64,000 nucleotides of DNA from Myxococcota bacterium (GTDB lineage: Bacteria > Myxococcota_A > Bradymonadia > UBA4248). The translations under genes and the position numbers were made by a program. The stretch spans positions 6,351 to 70,350 of the forward strand of contig JAZRVP010000042.1 in the NCBI GenBank assembly GCA_045599245.1, written 5' to 3'. The notes under the pieces are model-generated. The model ran no database searches. It worked only from the letters and a program-made list of their open reading frames with translations, and was not told the DNA's origin. This document shows positions 49,604 to 59,220 of the stretch, piece after piece (position 1 is the stretch's first letter; each line of letters begins with the position of its first letter).

Positions 49604-50067
49604 ACAAAAAAGCATGCTGACTGTAACAAATGATTTTCGATGGCATCATATATAGTGCAGGGCAATGAAGCTTTGTCAAACAGGAGGTGAATGACCGGCG
49701 AGAGTACGAAAGGTAATAGGTGACTGAAAGTCCGGTTGTTTGTTGTTATGACATCATCTTCTCAAATGCTGTCATGAAATAACAAATGAACAGGGAAGTA
49801 GGAACCGTCAACATAACGAAACGGAATCGACTTGATAATTTTGACGAAGATAATTGAGTATGACCTGTTTCGTCACCATTGCGCATTGAGAGTACGCGTC
49901 TTCGGGAGTGGGTGACTTTTTCAAGAAGGAAAAAGCCGTCACCGTGGGATTGTATTTTGTGCGCAGGACTCACAAAAAATTGGGTTGGCGAGTCGGTGGG
50001 ACTGGGGGGCCCTAAGTGTGGTGGGGGGAAAAAGCGCAGGCATAACTTATTGATTTTATTAAACAAA
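49604..50067 (+). ncRNA. Multicopy structured non-coding element, copy 3 (divergent)
   Basis: Collinear conserved blocks CTGTAACAAATGA, CGATGGCATCATATA, AGAGTAC..AGGTGAC, CTCAAATG, GTAGGAACCG, CATAACG, TTGACGAAG, GCGCATTGAGAGTACGCG, GGTGACTTTTTCA, GTATTTTGTG.GCA, GGGCCCT; compensatory stems. Confidence 0.7.
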
Positions 50068-50455
50068 TTTAAACGCCATACATTTCAATGACAAATCTAG
50101 CCTCAGAGGTACACTGGGCGGGTGACAAAACCCAACGGCCAGGCGACTGGGATTGGTGAGTAGGTGGAAAAATCTAAGAGGATGACCGCAAAAACGATAA
50201 ATCCCACATCCCATGAATGACAAGATTATGGGTTCATTCCATAAATGAAATGAGCATCCGTATCAATAAACAGGCTTAACAAAGATGGCAATTATTATAT
50301 TGACTATCGATAATGAGACATTTGAGCCTTTTTGGCGACAATGCAAATTACTGAGTACGCCATTAGACGTACCCAGAATAATGATGCATCAAAAAAGCGC
50401 CTGTTGGACAGTGATAATTGTTCCCATTTATTTCGTCCAAAACAATAAAAATAAA

Positions 50456-51439
50456 TTACAAAGATGGAATTTCAAACTCAGCAGAACGAGGGGCGATAAA
50501 AAGCAATAAAACCTGTTTGGTCACTGCTTCGAGAACATTTCTCAAATCTCCCGTTTTAATAATGGATTTGCGCTCGACAATATTATGACCAAAAATGGGG
50601 TAATCACTCCATCTGAAAGTAAAACATTTGAGTTCATAATCTAGTGATTCAAGCGTTGAGATAAAATATTCCCGGTCTTCATCTGAAATCATAGGTGCGT
50701 GATACTCCATACAAATCCACGGCTTATTCTTTTTCAGTGTTTCCAGCATACCTCGAAGTGCACAAATCTCATGTCCTTCAATATCCATGCGGATCATATC
50801 GACCGTATCAACATTCTCTCGTTCGACCAGAGTATCGAGTTTCAGAACGGGAACGTCAATTTTTCTCTCATAATCATCGCGAGCACCGATGCTGCAAATA
50901 TTGGAATGTTTTGAAATATAGAATGGAAGATTGCCATCGACATCACTTATACCGACATTAAAAAGATCGACGTGTTTGCACTCGTTCATTCGAACATTTT
51001 CACTTAATACTTCAAAACTTACGGGATTGGGTTCAATGGCAACAATGCGTTTCAATTTTCGCTGACAGGATTCCTGCATCGTATAATAACCAATATTTGC
51101 CCCCAATTCGACGACAGTCATGTCGTCCTTGAGAATGCTCAAAAGTATCTCCGTACCGAACGGTTCATGCATGTGATCGAGAGCCAGTTCTGCGGCAATT
51201 CCTTCGTCATGAGCATCGACCATGAGTTTAAATTTTTCAAAATCGAGGATGACACTATCGACGCAGGCCCCCAAAGACATCGCTTTCCATCGAACTTTTC
51301 TAAATATATCGCTCGGCTTGCGCAGTGCTATTCTGGCAACGCCACGAACGAGTTCTGCATTTCCTCCATATTCATGAAGGGATTTAAGTGCAGATTTATA
51401 ATAGTCGACTTTCTTCTGAACTTTTTCGATGCTAATCAT
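50456..51439 (-). CDS. FkbM family SAM-dependent methyltransferase
   Basis: VELGANIGYY, AIEPNP, MDIEGHE motifs. Confidence 0.9.
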   Translation of the reverse strand: MISIEKVQKKVDYYKSALKSLHEYGGNAELVRGVARIALRKPSDIFRKVRWKAMSLGACVDSVILDFEKFKLMVDAHDEGIAAELALDHMHEPFGTEILLSILKDDMTVVELGANIGYYTMQESCQRKLKRIVAIEPNPVSFEVLSENVRMNECKHVDLFNVGISDVDGNLPFYISKHSNICSIGARDDYERKIDVPVLKLDTLVERENVDTVDMIRMDIEGHEICALRGMLETLKKNKPWICMEYHAPMISDEDREYFISTLESLDYELKCFTFRWSDYPIFGHNIVERKSIIKTGDLRNVLEAVTKQVLLLFIAPRSAEFEIPSL

Positions 51440-51774
51440 TTTTTCAACCTTTTATCAGCGCCAATTTTTTTGTCACACACCGGCACCATGAACGAATAAA
51501 TTTTCATTGTCAAAAGCTTCGCACATCATAACAAAGTGTACGAATACAAGTGATATACACTATTTTTGTTTTCTCGTGCAGGGACAAATTATCATTTGCA
51601 GCCGATGACATTCATGCGCCAAAGGCGCACCGCATATATTGTGCATCACGTAACAAATATGGACAATACCGCAGCAAAGCCAACCGATGAGGAACCACAA
51701 AAAAAGAAAACGCCGCGTATCCCTTTTGGGATAGCGGCGTTGAATCTGACGTAGGGCCGAAGGCACAAGTCAGA

Positions 51775-53319
51775 TTAATAAAGCATATATCCAAATCCGA
51801 GCTGAATTTCGTGATAGAGGTCTTCGCTCGTGGCATTACGAGGCGTCAGGCAGTTGGAATCGAGGCAACCGACGCCGCCGAAATCGTCATTCATATAAGA
51901 AAGTGAATAACCGGCTCTGACATAAATCCCCTTCCAGATATCGTAGAGCATGTGAATGGACCAGTTCACGCCGACGCTCTTCTCGATGAGGCTGCCCCAT
52001 TTGGCCAATTTTGCCAAATCGCCCTGACCGGCGTTAATGATAAGAGCCAGACCGGTGTCAAGACGAAGCTGACGCAGACCGAGAGGTGTTGAAAATCGCA
52101 CGCCGAGTTTGAAACCGGAATAATCGTGACCGAGATAGTTCGGATTATTCTGAAGCGTATATTTTGCGAGGTTAAAGCCGAGGAGGAAATCGAGAGCCAT
52201 TCCATCGCCATTGAGTCGCTCACCTTTTTTCTGGAGCATGAGGCGATAGACGAGATCGAGATTGAAACGAATGTATGAAGTTTCGCAAGTGAACTGTCCG
52301 TTTCCAGTCGATTTGCATTTGTAACCGGAATCTTCGACTTCGGCATATTTGAGCAGGGTATCGAGGAAACCGAAACCAATGCCAAGCTGCAGGCCGAGTC
52401 CGGCGAGATACTGATTATCCAGCATCAGTGCGAATGGGAAGAAGTCGACATCGAAAGAGAAAACGGGGAATGCCTGGCTCGTGTATTGAATGGGACGACC
52501 GGTATCGGCTTCTGAATCGAGGCTTTTGATTGTCGGGCTGATATTGAAACCAACGAGGAAAATCGGACGTCCTGTACCGCCGGCAACCTTTCCACGACGG
52601 GTTTTGTCTTTCGCGGGTGCGGTGAGGGCTACATCGTATGATCCGTCTTTGTCGAGATAGATAAGCTGGGAAACATCTTCTCTTTCGGGATAAGAAATGA
52701 CCCATTGTTCACTCACACCGGTCCTTGGATCCATTTTGTATTCAAGGGGCGTTGTGCCAAGGACTTCCATGCCGCGTTTTACCGTGGCACCGGCCGGGGT
52801 TGAGGTAATGCGAATCACGATTTCATCCGAATATTCAATCGGAACGATATCCTGCATAACCATATTCACGCCGCGAACGATGGCTTTGGTATCATCTTTG
52901 GTCAACTTCTTTTTCTTCAGGCTGCGTTCAAGTTCCGCCAATACTTCACCCGTGTACGAATTATGAACGATGACGAGCATCGACGGCTTTTTCCCTTTCT
53001 GATACACGAATTTTACAAGGGCATCTCGGCGAAGTTTTTCGTTGGCCTTGGCAATACTCTCTGGCGAATCCCAGTAATTGGATGGCTGACCTTTTGACTC
53101 CGCATCCGCTATCATTTCGGACTCGCTGTACACGATATGCCCTGCATTGGACAACGCATCGCGAAGCGTCGTGGTCATCGTCAGACTGGAATTATCATTC
53201 TCGACATTGGGAACGTCTATCAGACGTCCAACACTTCCATCCTGTGCAAATACAATGATGGGGGATATGCACAGGAAAACAAAAAAAACGGCATACGCCA
53301 GAGATTTTACTGCATTCAT
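51775..53319 (-). CDS. PEGA-domain outer-membrane protein
   Basis: Signal peptide; ITSTPAGATV...LGTTPL (PEGA); amphipathic beta strands ending in aromatic Y. Confidence 0.75.
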   Translation of the reverse strand: MNAVKSLAYAVFFVFLCISPIIVFAQDGSVGRLIDVPNVENDNSSLTMTTTLRDALSNAGHIVYSESEMIADAESKGQPSNYWDSPESIAKANEKLRRDALVKFVYQKGKKPSMLVIVHNSYTGEVLAELERSLKKKKLTKDDTKAIVRGVNMVMQDIVPIEYSDEIVIRITSTPAGATVKRGMEVLGTTPLEYKMDPRTGVSEQWVISYPEREDVSQLIYLDKDGSYDVALTAPAKDKTRRGKVAGGTGRPIFLVGFNISPTIKSLDSEADTGRPIQYTSQAFPVFSFDVDFFPFALMLDNQYLAGLGLQLGIGFGFLDTLLKYAEVEDSGYKCKSTGNGQFTCETSYIRFNLDLVYRLMLQKKGERLNGDGMALDFLLGFNLAKYTLQNNPNYLGHDYSGFKLGVRFSTPLGLRQLRLDTGLALIINAGQGDLAKLAKWGSLIEKSVGVNWSIHMLYDIWKGIYVRAGYSLSYMNDDFGGVGCLDSNCLTPRNATSEDLYHEIQLGFGYMLY

Positions 53320-53419
53320 GGATGACTCCGGTTAGTGAAAGCACAATAACACATTTTCAATTATCCGCCTTTATCCCCTAAAGATCAACACCCCCTGTAC
53401 ATTGACAGCACGTTACTAC

Positions 53420-53650
53420 TCACCCAAGGTAATTCACATATCTACTGAATATGGCAGAGTATTTCGCAATTTTTAGGCAGAAATTGACGAGAGCCGGGGG
53501 TGGGGCCCCGGCGAGGAACAAGGGATAGGCAGCCCAAAAGGCTTATACTATCTAAAAATATTGAGGATTCCAAAGGACTCAGTCCTTTGGTGGGGTCTGG
53601 GGCAAAGCCCCAGCGGGGTTCGGGGCAGAGCCCCGGTTGAATAGTAACAT
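53420..53650. mobile_element. MITE-family repeat copy
   Basis: Closely similar to 10110-10343. Confidence 0.65.
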
Positions 53651-53751
53651 GTTTATCTTTAACATCGCATGTCAGTCTAGCCATTCTGCCAGAAATCGAG
53701 TAGTCTGCCCATTTTTCGGGGGGGTTAACTGATGACTTGAGGTATGGAATT

Positions 53752-54696
53752 ATGGCACGTACGGAAATTGAGTTTCCGAGTTTACCCAATGCACGACTGC
53801 TCTACGGCATTCGTGAAGCAAATCTGCGTTTTCTCGAATCTGAACTGAGCATCGAATGCAAGGCCGATGGAAATATCGTCTCCCTGTCCGGTGCCTCCGA
53901 TGACGTCAAAATCGCTCGCGATGCACTCGCCTCTCTCTATGAAGAAGCCAAAACAAATCGAAATATCACCGCCGCAGAATTCGCTGAACTCATCGCTGCC
54001 TGTAAAAATGGTTCCCCGTGCAGTGCCGACGGTTTCGTCTGCATGACCAGTGATCACCGACCAATCCGCGCTAAAACTGAAAACCAAAAAGCTTACGTCA
54101 ACGCCATCCGAAATGACGACATCGTATTCGGCATCGGCCCTGCCGGAACTGGAAAAACCTATCTCGCCATGGCTCTGGCCGTTGACGCGCTCATGAGAAA
54201 ACGCGTCAAACGAATCGTTCTCGTCAGACCCGCCGTCGAAGCCGGCGAAAGACTCGGTTTCCTTCCAGGCGATATGGCTGAAAAAGTCAATCCCTACCTC
54301 CGCCCTCTCTATGATGCACTCTACGATATGGTCGATGTCGACAGAGCTCAGCACTGGATCAGCCAGGGCGCTATCGAAGTCGCTCCTCTCGCTTTTATGC
54401 GCGGGCGAACACTCAATGCTTCTTTCATCATCCTCGATGAAGCTCAAAACTCCACTCAGGAACAGATGAAAATGTTCCTGACAAGACTCGGTTTCGGTTC
54501 AAAAGCCGTCGTCACAGGCGATCTCACTCAGACCGATCTCGCGCCTGATGTCCTCTCCGGTCTCAAACAGGCTGTCAATATCCTCGAAAATATCGATGGA
54601 ATTTCCATCATTCGGCTTTCCGAAATTGACATCGTCCGGCATCCGCTCGTTCAGAAAATCGTCCGCGCTTATGACCGGCTTCAATCCAGTAACTAA
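53752..54696 (+). CDS. phoH: PhoH-like ATPase
   Basis: GPAGTGKTYLA, RPAVEAGERLGFLPGD, AFMRGRT, DEAQN, GDLTQTD, VRHPLV. Confidence 0.95.
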   Translation: MARTEIEFPSLPNARLLYGIREANLRFLESELSIECKADGNIVSLSGASDDVKIARDALASLYEEAKTNRNITAAEFAELIAACKNGSPCSADGFVCMTSDHRPIRAKTENQKAYVNAIRNDDIVFGIGPAGTGKTYLAMALAVDALMRKRVKRIVLVRPAVEAGERLGFLPGDMAEKVNPYLRPLYDALYDMVDVDRAQHWISQGAIEVAPLAFMRGRTLNASFIILDEAQNSTQEQMKMFLTRLGFGSKAVVTGDLTQTDLAPDVLSGLKQAVNILENIDGISIIRLSEIDIVRHPLVQKIVRAYDRLQSSN

Positions 54697-54710
54697 CTGC
54701 AACTTGTGCC

Positions 54711-54803
54711 GGGACGACGTATGGGCTCCTGCCCATAGTCGCCCCAAAAGCTGCGTATGGCGCGCCATAGCAGCTTTCGCCGGACGTACTTCAGTAGGCC
54801 GGC
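54711..54803. repeat. Three bulged-hairpin repeats
   Basis: CGAC-G-TATGGGC..GCCCATA-GTCG; AAAGCTGC-G-TATGGC..GCCATA-GCAGCTTT; the third is degenerate. Confidence 0.8.
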
Positions 54804-54848
54804 TTCATACAAGACTTTCCTCATACTCTCTTCCTTCCCTTGAATGCT

Positions 54849-57800
54849 ATGGATGAACATCGTCAGCGAGAATCTCTCAGCTTTGAAAAAATTAAGAAGA
54901 AAAAGCCGCGTTCCAGATTGCTAACATGGAGCCTCGACAACCCTCTTCTCGTTGGACTCTGCATCTTCCTCATCATTCTCGCCATTATCGGCATTATCGG
55001 AAGCAATTTCGGTTCACATTCAAGCATCATTGAAAAAGCCGATATCGGAACCATCGCTGAACACGATTACAAGGCTCCGCGCGACTTTACTTTCGACCGC
55101 GTCGATCGTGAGGCCACTGAAAAAATTCGTGAACAGCGCGTCGCTGAAGTCCTCCCGATTTACAAATGGGATTACGCTTATCACGACAATACCCTGAGTA
55201 AAATTCGTTCCGCTTTTGAACTCATGCAGAACGGTCTCATTCACGAACGGGACGTCGTCTCTCAAAAACGAATCAAACGCGACACGCAGTCACCCCTCCT
55301 TATCGCCCACCCTAACGAAAACAATCGACAGGAATGGGCTGATGCTCTCCTGGCACAGTTCCCAAATGATCCCGTCTTTGCCGATTATATTTCCACGCGA
55401 AAAATCACGGATGAGGAAATTAATTTCAGTACAAGACAGTGGGCTATTCATCATAAAAACGACTTCGTTCAGGCTCTCGGTTTTGATATTCCCGACGACC
55501 TCTACGAATGGATCGTCAATCAGAGCTTCTCGGATTTCATCGAAGAAAGCATTCTGCAGGTCATGGATGTCATTCTCGGACGCATGATTTCCGCAACAAA
55601 AGAAGAGATCGATGAACTCTCCGCTTTCACCGTCGTCTGGGTCGAAAACGGTATTAAACGTCAACGAAATATCGACAAAAGTGAACGCTCAACCGTCGGA
55701 AATCTCTCTTCAAGCCTCTCTCTCGTCAATACCCTGCTTCGTGAAAAACTTCCCGATGCGCCGGACGCTCTCATCGAATATTTCAAACAATTCATTCGAT
55801 TCAATCTCGAATACGACGAAAATGCCACTCACAGAGAACGGCAAAACGTCAGTGATAAAACCGCCGAACTGCGCATCATCGAAGAATATAAAAAAGGTCA
55901 AACCATCGTCAGTCGCGGCAATCCCATTCGTCAGTCTCACTACGAAATCTTTGAAAAAATTTCTCAGGGACAAACCGATTTAGAAAATTCACATAATCAC
56001 TGGCCCGCACTCGGAATCGTTTCCGCCATCATGGTCTTTTTGTGCTGGCGATCCATCTCTTCGTCCTCCGGTCGCAGAAAGAAAAACAGAGACGTCATCT
56101 TTTTGGCTGTCAATCTGCTCATCTGCACTTTCTTCCTCAAATTCTGCTGGCTGCTCTGCAATGTCCTCGATTCCGTCTATCACTGGCCATATTCGCTCAT
56201 GCTGCTATTCCCGTTCGCCAGTGCTCCGATGCTCTTGAGACTCGTCGTCAATAAGTATTTCGCCTATATCATGTCCGTATGCATCGTCGTCCTCACTGGA
56301 CTCGTTCTCGATGACGGACTCCTCATGGGATATGCTTTGGTCAGTTCAATGGCAGGGACTCTGCTGCTCGACAGACCCAAACGAAGCAACATGTTCATTC
56401 GAAAAGGACTCATTATCGGGCTCATTTCGTCTCTCATGGCGCTCGCCGTCTATCTCCAGCACGGCTCAAATATGACTTCTGCCGACTATACATTCGTTAC
56501 ACTGCTCGGTTTTGCCGGCGGAATGCTCTCGACTGGCGTCGTCCTCATCGGTCTGCCACTCGCAGAAAGCATTTTCGGATATGTCACGTCCAACAGACTG
56601 CTCGAACTCTCAAACCTCGAACATCCTGCGCTTAAGACACTTTTCATCGAAGCTCCCGGCACTTACCAACACTCCATTATGGTCGGCTCTCTTAACGAAG
56701 CTGCCGCTGAAGCCATCGGCGCTAACGCAATCCTCGCCCGCGTCGGCGGCTATTACCACGACATCGGTAAAGTTAAAAACGCTCAGTATTTTGCAGAAAA
56801 TCAACGTGGCGATAATCCTCATAACAGACTCAAACCAAACATGAGTGCACTCATCCTGAAAGCACATGAACGCGATGGCCTCGATATCGCTAAAAAATAT
56901 AAACTTCCTCAGGATATTATGGATTTTATTGCCTCCCACCACGGTACAAGCCGAATTGAATACTTCTATCAACGCGCAAAAGAACAACAGGAACGCGTTC
57001 AGGAAGAGGATTATCGATATCCAGGTCCAAGACCTCAAACCCGCGAAACAGGCATTTGCATGGTTTCCGATATGGTCGAAGCCGCTGTTCGTTCTCTCCC
57101 TGATAAAAGCCCGGATAAAATCCTCGTCCTCGTTCACAAACTCATCAACCACAAATTCACCGACGGACAATTTGACGAATGCGATTTGACACTTCGCGAT
57201 CTCAATGACATTGCAAATGCCTTGCTCGGCATCCTCAATGCTTTCTATCATCACAGACCTGAATATCCCGATCAGAAAAAAGAACGAGAAAAAGCTGAAA
57301 AAGAAAAAATCGAAAAAAACACCGATAAACCATCCGACAAACCGGAAACGGATAAATCTGACAAAGACAATTCAACAAAATCCGATAAATCAAATAAATC
57401 CGATAAATCTGATAAATCCGATAAATCTGACAAGTCCGATAAATCCGATAAATCCGATAAATCTGACAAGTCCGATAAATCTGACAAGTCCGATAAATCC
57501 GATAAATCCGATAAATCTGACAAGTCCGATAAATCCGATAAATCTGATAAATCTGACAAGTCCGATAAATCCGATAAATCAAATAAATCCGATAAATCTG
57601 ATAAATCTGACAAGACCGATAAATCTGATAAATCTGACAAGTCCGATAAATCTGATAAATCTGACAAGTCCGATAAATCCGATAAGTCCGATAAGTCCGA
57701 TAAATCTGATAAATCTGATAAATCTGATAAATCTGACAAGTCCGATAAATCTGATAAATCTGATAAATCTGATAAATCTGACAAGTCCGATAAAGCAAAT

Positions 57801-58373
57801 AAATCTGTTAAATCGACCAAATCTGAAAACAACACATCAGAAAATAATACAAATGATGACCCAAAAGATGATTTAAACAAAACAAGTGAACAACCAGATG
57901 TTTCAAATGATAAAAAAGATGATGATAAATCCGACAACATCATCTCTGAACCAGAAATCAATGAAACAGATAAATTAAACAATCAAAACATTGAAAAAGA
58001 TAAAAATAAATCCGATAAAAACAACAAATCTGGGAAAAAGAATAAAGCTAAAAAATCACAGGTTATGCCTGCCATTCAACCCTCTGACGAAAACATTGAC
58101 AATCAAGACAATGAACCATCATGTGCTATCACGAGGGACGATCTCGAACTCGCAGAACTTTTGACCACAACGGATACAAATGAAAATAAACAGCCGGAAG
58201 AAAGTACGGACAAGTCCATCCATGAAATTCTTTCTGAAACACAGGAAGCAGATGAACTTCTCAAAGTTAAAAACGAAATGATACAAGAGGATCCGGCTCA
58301 AACGACGAATGCCATTCTGGAATCTTACGAACTTGCTTTTACAGAAAGCATGGATGTCTTTAAAAAGTCATAA
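54849..58373 (+). CDS. 7TM-HD (HDIG) phosphohydrolase, PgpH-like cyclic-dinucleotide phosphodiesterase, with SDK-repeat tail
   Basis: N-terminal TM, extracellular 7TMR-HDED-like region, ~7 TM, then APGTYQHS, YYHDIGK, FAENQ, HHGT, YPGPRP, DMVEAA, DGQFD; follows phoH as is usual. Confidence 0.9.
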   Translation: MDEHRQRESLSFEKIKKKKPRSRLLTWSLDNPLLVGLCIFLIILAIIGIIGSNFGSHSSIIEKADIGTIAEHDYKAPRDFTFDRVDREATEKIREQRVAEVLPIYKWDYAYHDNTLSKIRSAFELMQNGLIHERDVVSQKRIKRDTQSPLLIAHPNENNRQEWADALLAQFPNDPVFADYISTRKITDEEINFSTRQWAIHHKNDFVQALGFDIPDDLYEWIVNQSFSDFIEESILQVMDVILGRMISATKEEIDELSAFTVVWVENGIKRQRNIDKSERSTVGNLSSSLSLVNTLLREKLPDAPDALIEYFKQFIRFNLEYDENATHRERQNVSDKTAELRIIEEYKKGQTIVSRGNPIRQSHYEIFEKISQGQTDLENSHNHWPALGIVSAIMVFLCWRSISSSSGRRKKNRDVIFLAVNLLICTFFLKFCWLLCNVLDSVYHWPYSLMLLFPFASAPMLLRLVVNKYFAYIMSVCIVVLTGLVLDDGLLMGYALVSSMAGTLLLDRPKRSNMFIRKGLIIGLISSLMALAVYLQHGSNMTSADYTFVTLLGFAGGMLSTGVVLIGLPLAESIFGYVTSNRLLELSNLEHPALKTLFIEAPGTYQHSIMVGSLNEAAAEAIGANAILARVGGYYHDIGKVKNAQYFAENQRGDNPHNRLKPNMSALILKAHERDGLDIAKKYKLPQDIMDFIASHHGTSRIEYFYQRAKEQQERVQEEDYRYPGPRPQTRETGICMVSDMVEAAVRSLPDKSPDKILVLVHKLINHKFTDGQFDECDLTLRDLNDIANALLGILNAFYHHRPEYPDQKKEREKAEKEKIEKNTDKPSDKPETDKSDKDNSTKSDKSNKSDKSDKSDKSDKSDKSDKSDKSDKSDKSDKSDKSDKSDKSDKSDKSDKSDKSDKSDKSDKSNKSDKSDKSDKTDKSDKSDKSDKSDKSDKSDKSDKSDKSDKSDKSDKSDKSDKSDKSDKSDKSDKSDKSDKANKSVKSTKSENNTSENNTNDDPKDDLNKTSEQPDVSNDKKDDDKSDNIISEPEINETDKLNNQNIEKDKNKSDKNNKSGKKNKAKKSQVMPAIQPSDENIDNQDNEPSCAITRDDLELAELLTTTDTNENKQPEESTDKSIHEILSETQEADELLKVKNEMIQEDPAQTTNAILESYELAFTESMDVFKKS
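57381..57794 (+). repeat. 9-bp in-frame tandem repeat x46 encoding (SDK)n
   Basis: TC(C/T)GA(T/C)AA(A/G) units; 414 bp / 9 = 46. Confidence 0.95.
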
Positions 58374-58400
58374 AAAAAGGCTGTTTTCACAGCCTTTTTT
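58372..58400. terminator. Bidirectional intrinsic terminator
   Basis: AAAAAAAGGCTG-TTTTCA-CAGCCTTTTTT between convergent stop codons. Confidence 0.8.
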
Positions 58401-59016
58401 ATGCCGCTCTCATGCGAGCTTTATAAGCTTCGTGTTCAGCTTCAGCACTCAAATGCATCGCTTCTGTCCGAATCTGAAACTCAACCCGATTGTCATCAAC
58501 CTGAGCAACCACATGGACACTCTGATAACCCGATGCTTTAGGTGACACGATGTAATTTTTCATCGTCCCCGGAATGATCTCGTATGTACTGCAAATTTGA
58601 TTTAGGCACAGATAGACATCGAGTTCATTGCTCACGACAACTCTCATGCCATACAAATCGTTGAGTTCCATCATATCGACACCACGGCGAGATGCTTTTT
58701 CTAAAGCACTCTCTTCTGATTTGACACGGCTGTAAACCGTCACTTGATGGATGCCGCCGGCGCGAAGCTGACGTGTCAACTCCGTAGCCTTTTCCGTCAA
58801 CCACTCAGACTGTACCTCGCGCCAGTTGCGAACCGCTGTCTGATTCTGTTCTTCTCGCGCACCAAGTGCACGCATATTGCGAATTTCGTTCTGTTCTGCT
58901 CCACTGATGGCAAACACTAACAACATCAACAAAAATGCTAACGTTGAAAATCCATGCTCATATAGACGACGCGAAAAGCTTTTGACTCTATTCATCTGCT
59001 GATCGATTCGGTTCAT
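58399..59016 (-). CDS. Small alarmone synthetase (RelA/SpoT SYNTH domain) with N-terminal hydrophobic helix
   Basis: SRVKS..S..EK, DLYGMR, KNY..SPK.SGYQSVH, EFQIRT, MH..AE..H..YK; hydrophobic FSTLAFLLMLLVFAISGA at aa ~23-40. Confidence 0.85.
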   Translation of the reverse strand: MNRIDQQMNRVKSFSRRLYEHGFSTLAFLLMLLVFAISGAEQNEIRNMRALGAREEQNQTAVRNWREVQSEWLTEKATELTRQLRAGGIHQVTVYSRVKSEESALEKASRRGVDMMELNDLYGMRVVVSNELDVYLCLNQICSTYEIIPGTMKNYIVSPKASGYQSVHVVAQVDDNRVEFQIRTEAMHLSAEAEHEAYKARMRAA

Positions 59017-59220
59017 ATCTGCTCCAACTTAACGACTTATTTCAACGACCGTCTATTTCAATGAAACCCAGTTTTTTTTTATTCCAAAAAACCAACGAAC
59101 CATCACATTCAGCACCGATTCTCTTTTGACAAGTTCAATTCTGCATTTGATCATTCATTTCAATTCAGGAATAATCTACTCACATTGGCCATCTCGGCCT
59201 TTATTTCATTCGAGGTTTCT

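Noticed and set aside
50036-50066. dif site near the skew change
   Set aside because: GCATAA is present but the XerD arm (TTATGTTAAA) is not; the IHF motif explains the sequence better.
57205-57982. INP-, IYQ- and LSD-repeat ORFs
   Set aside because: Alternative frames of the 9-bp SDK repeat.
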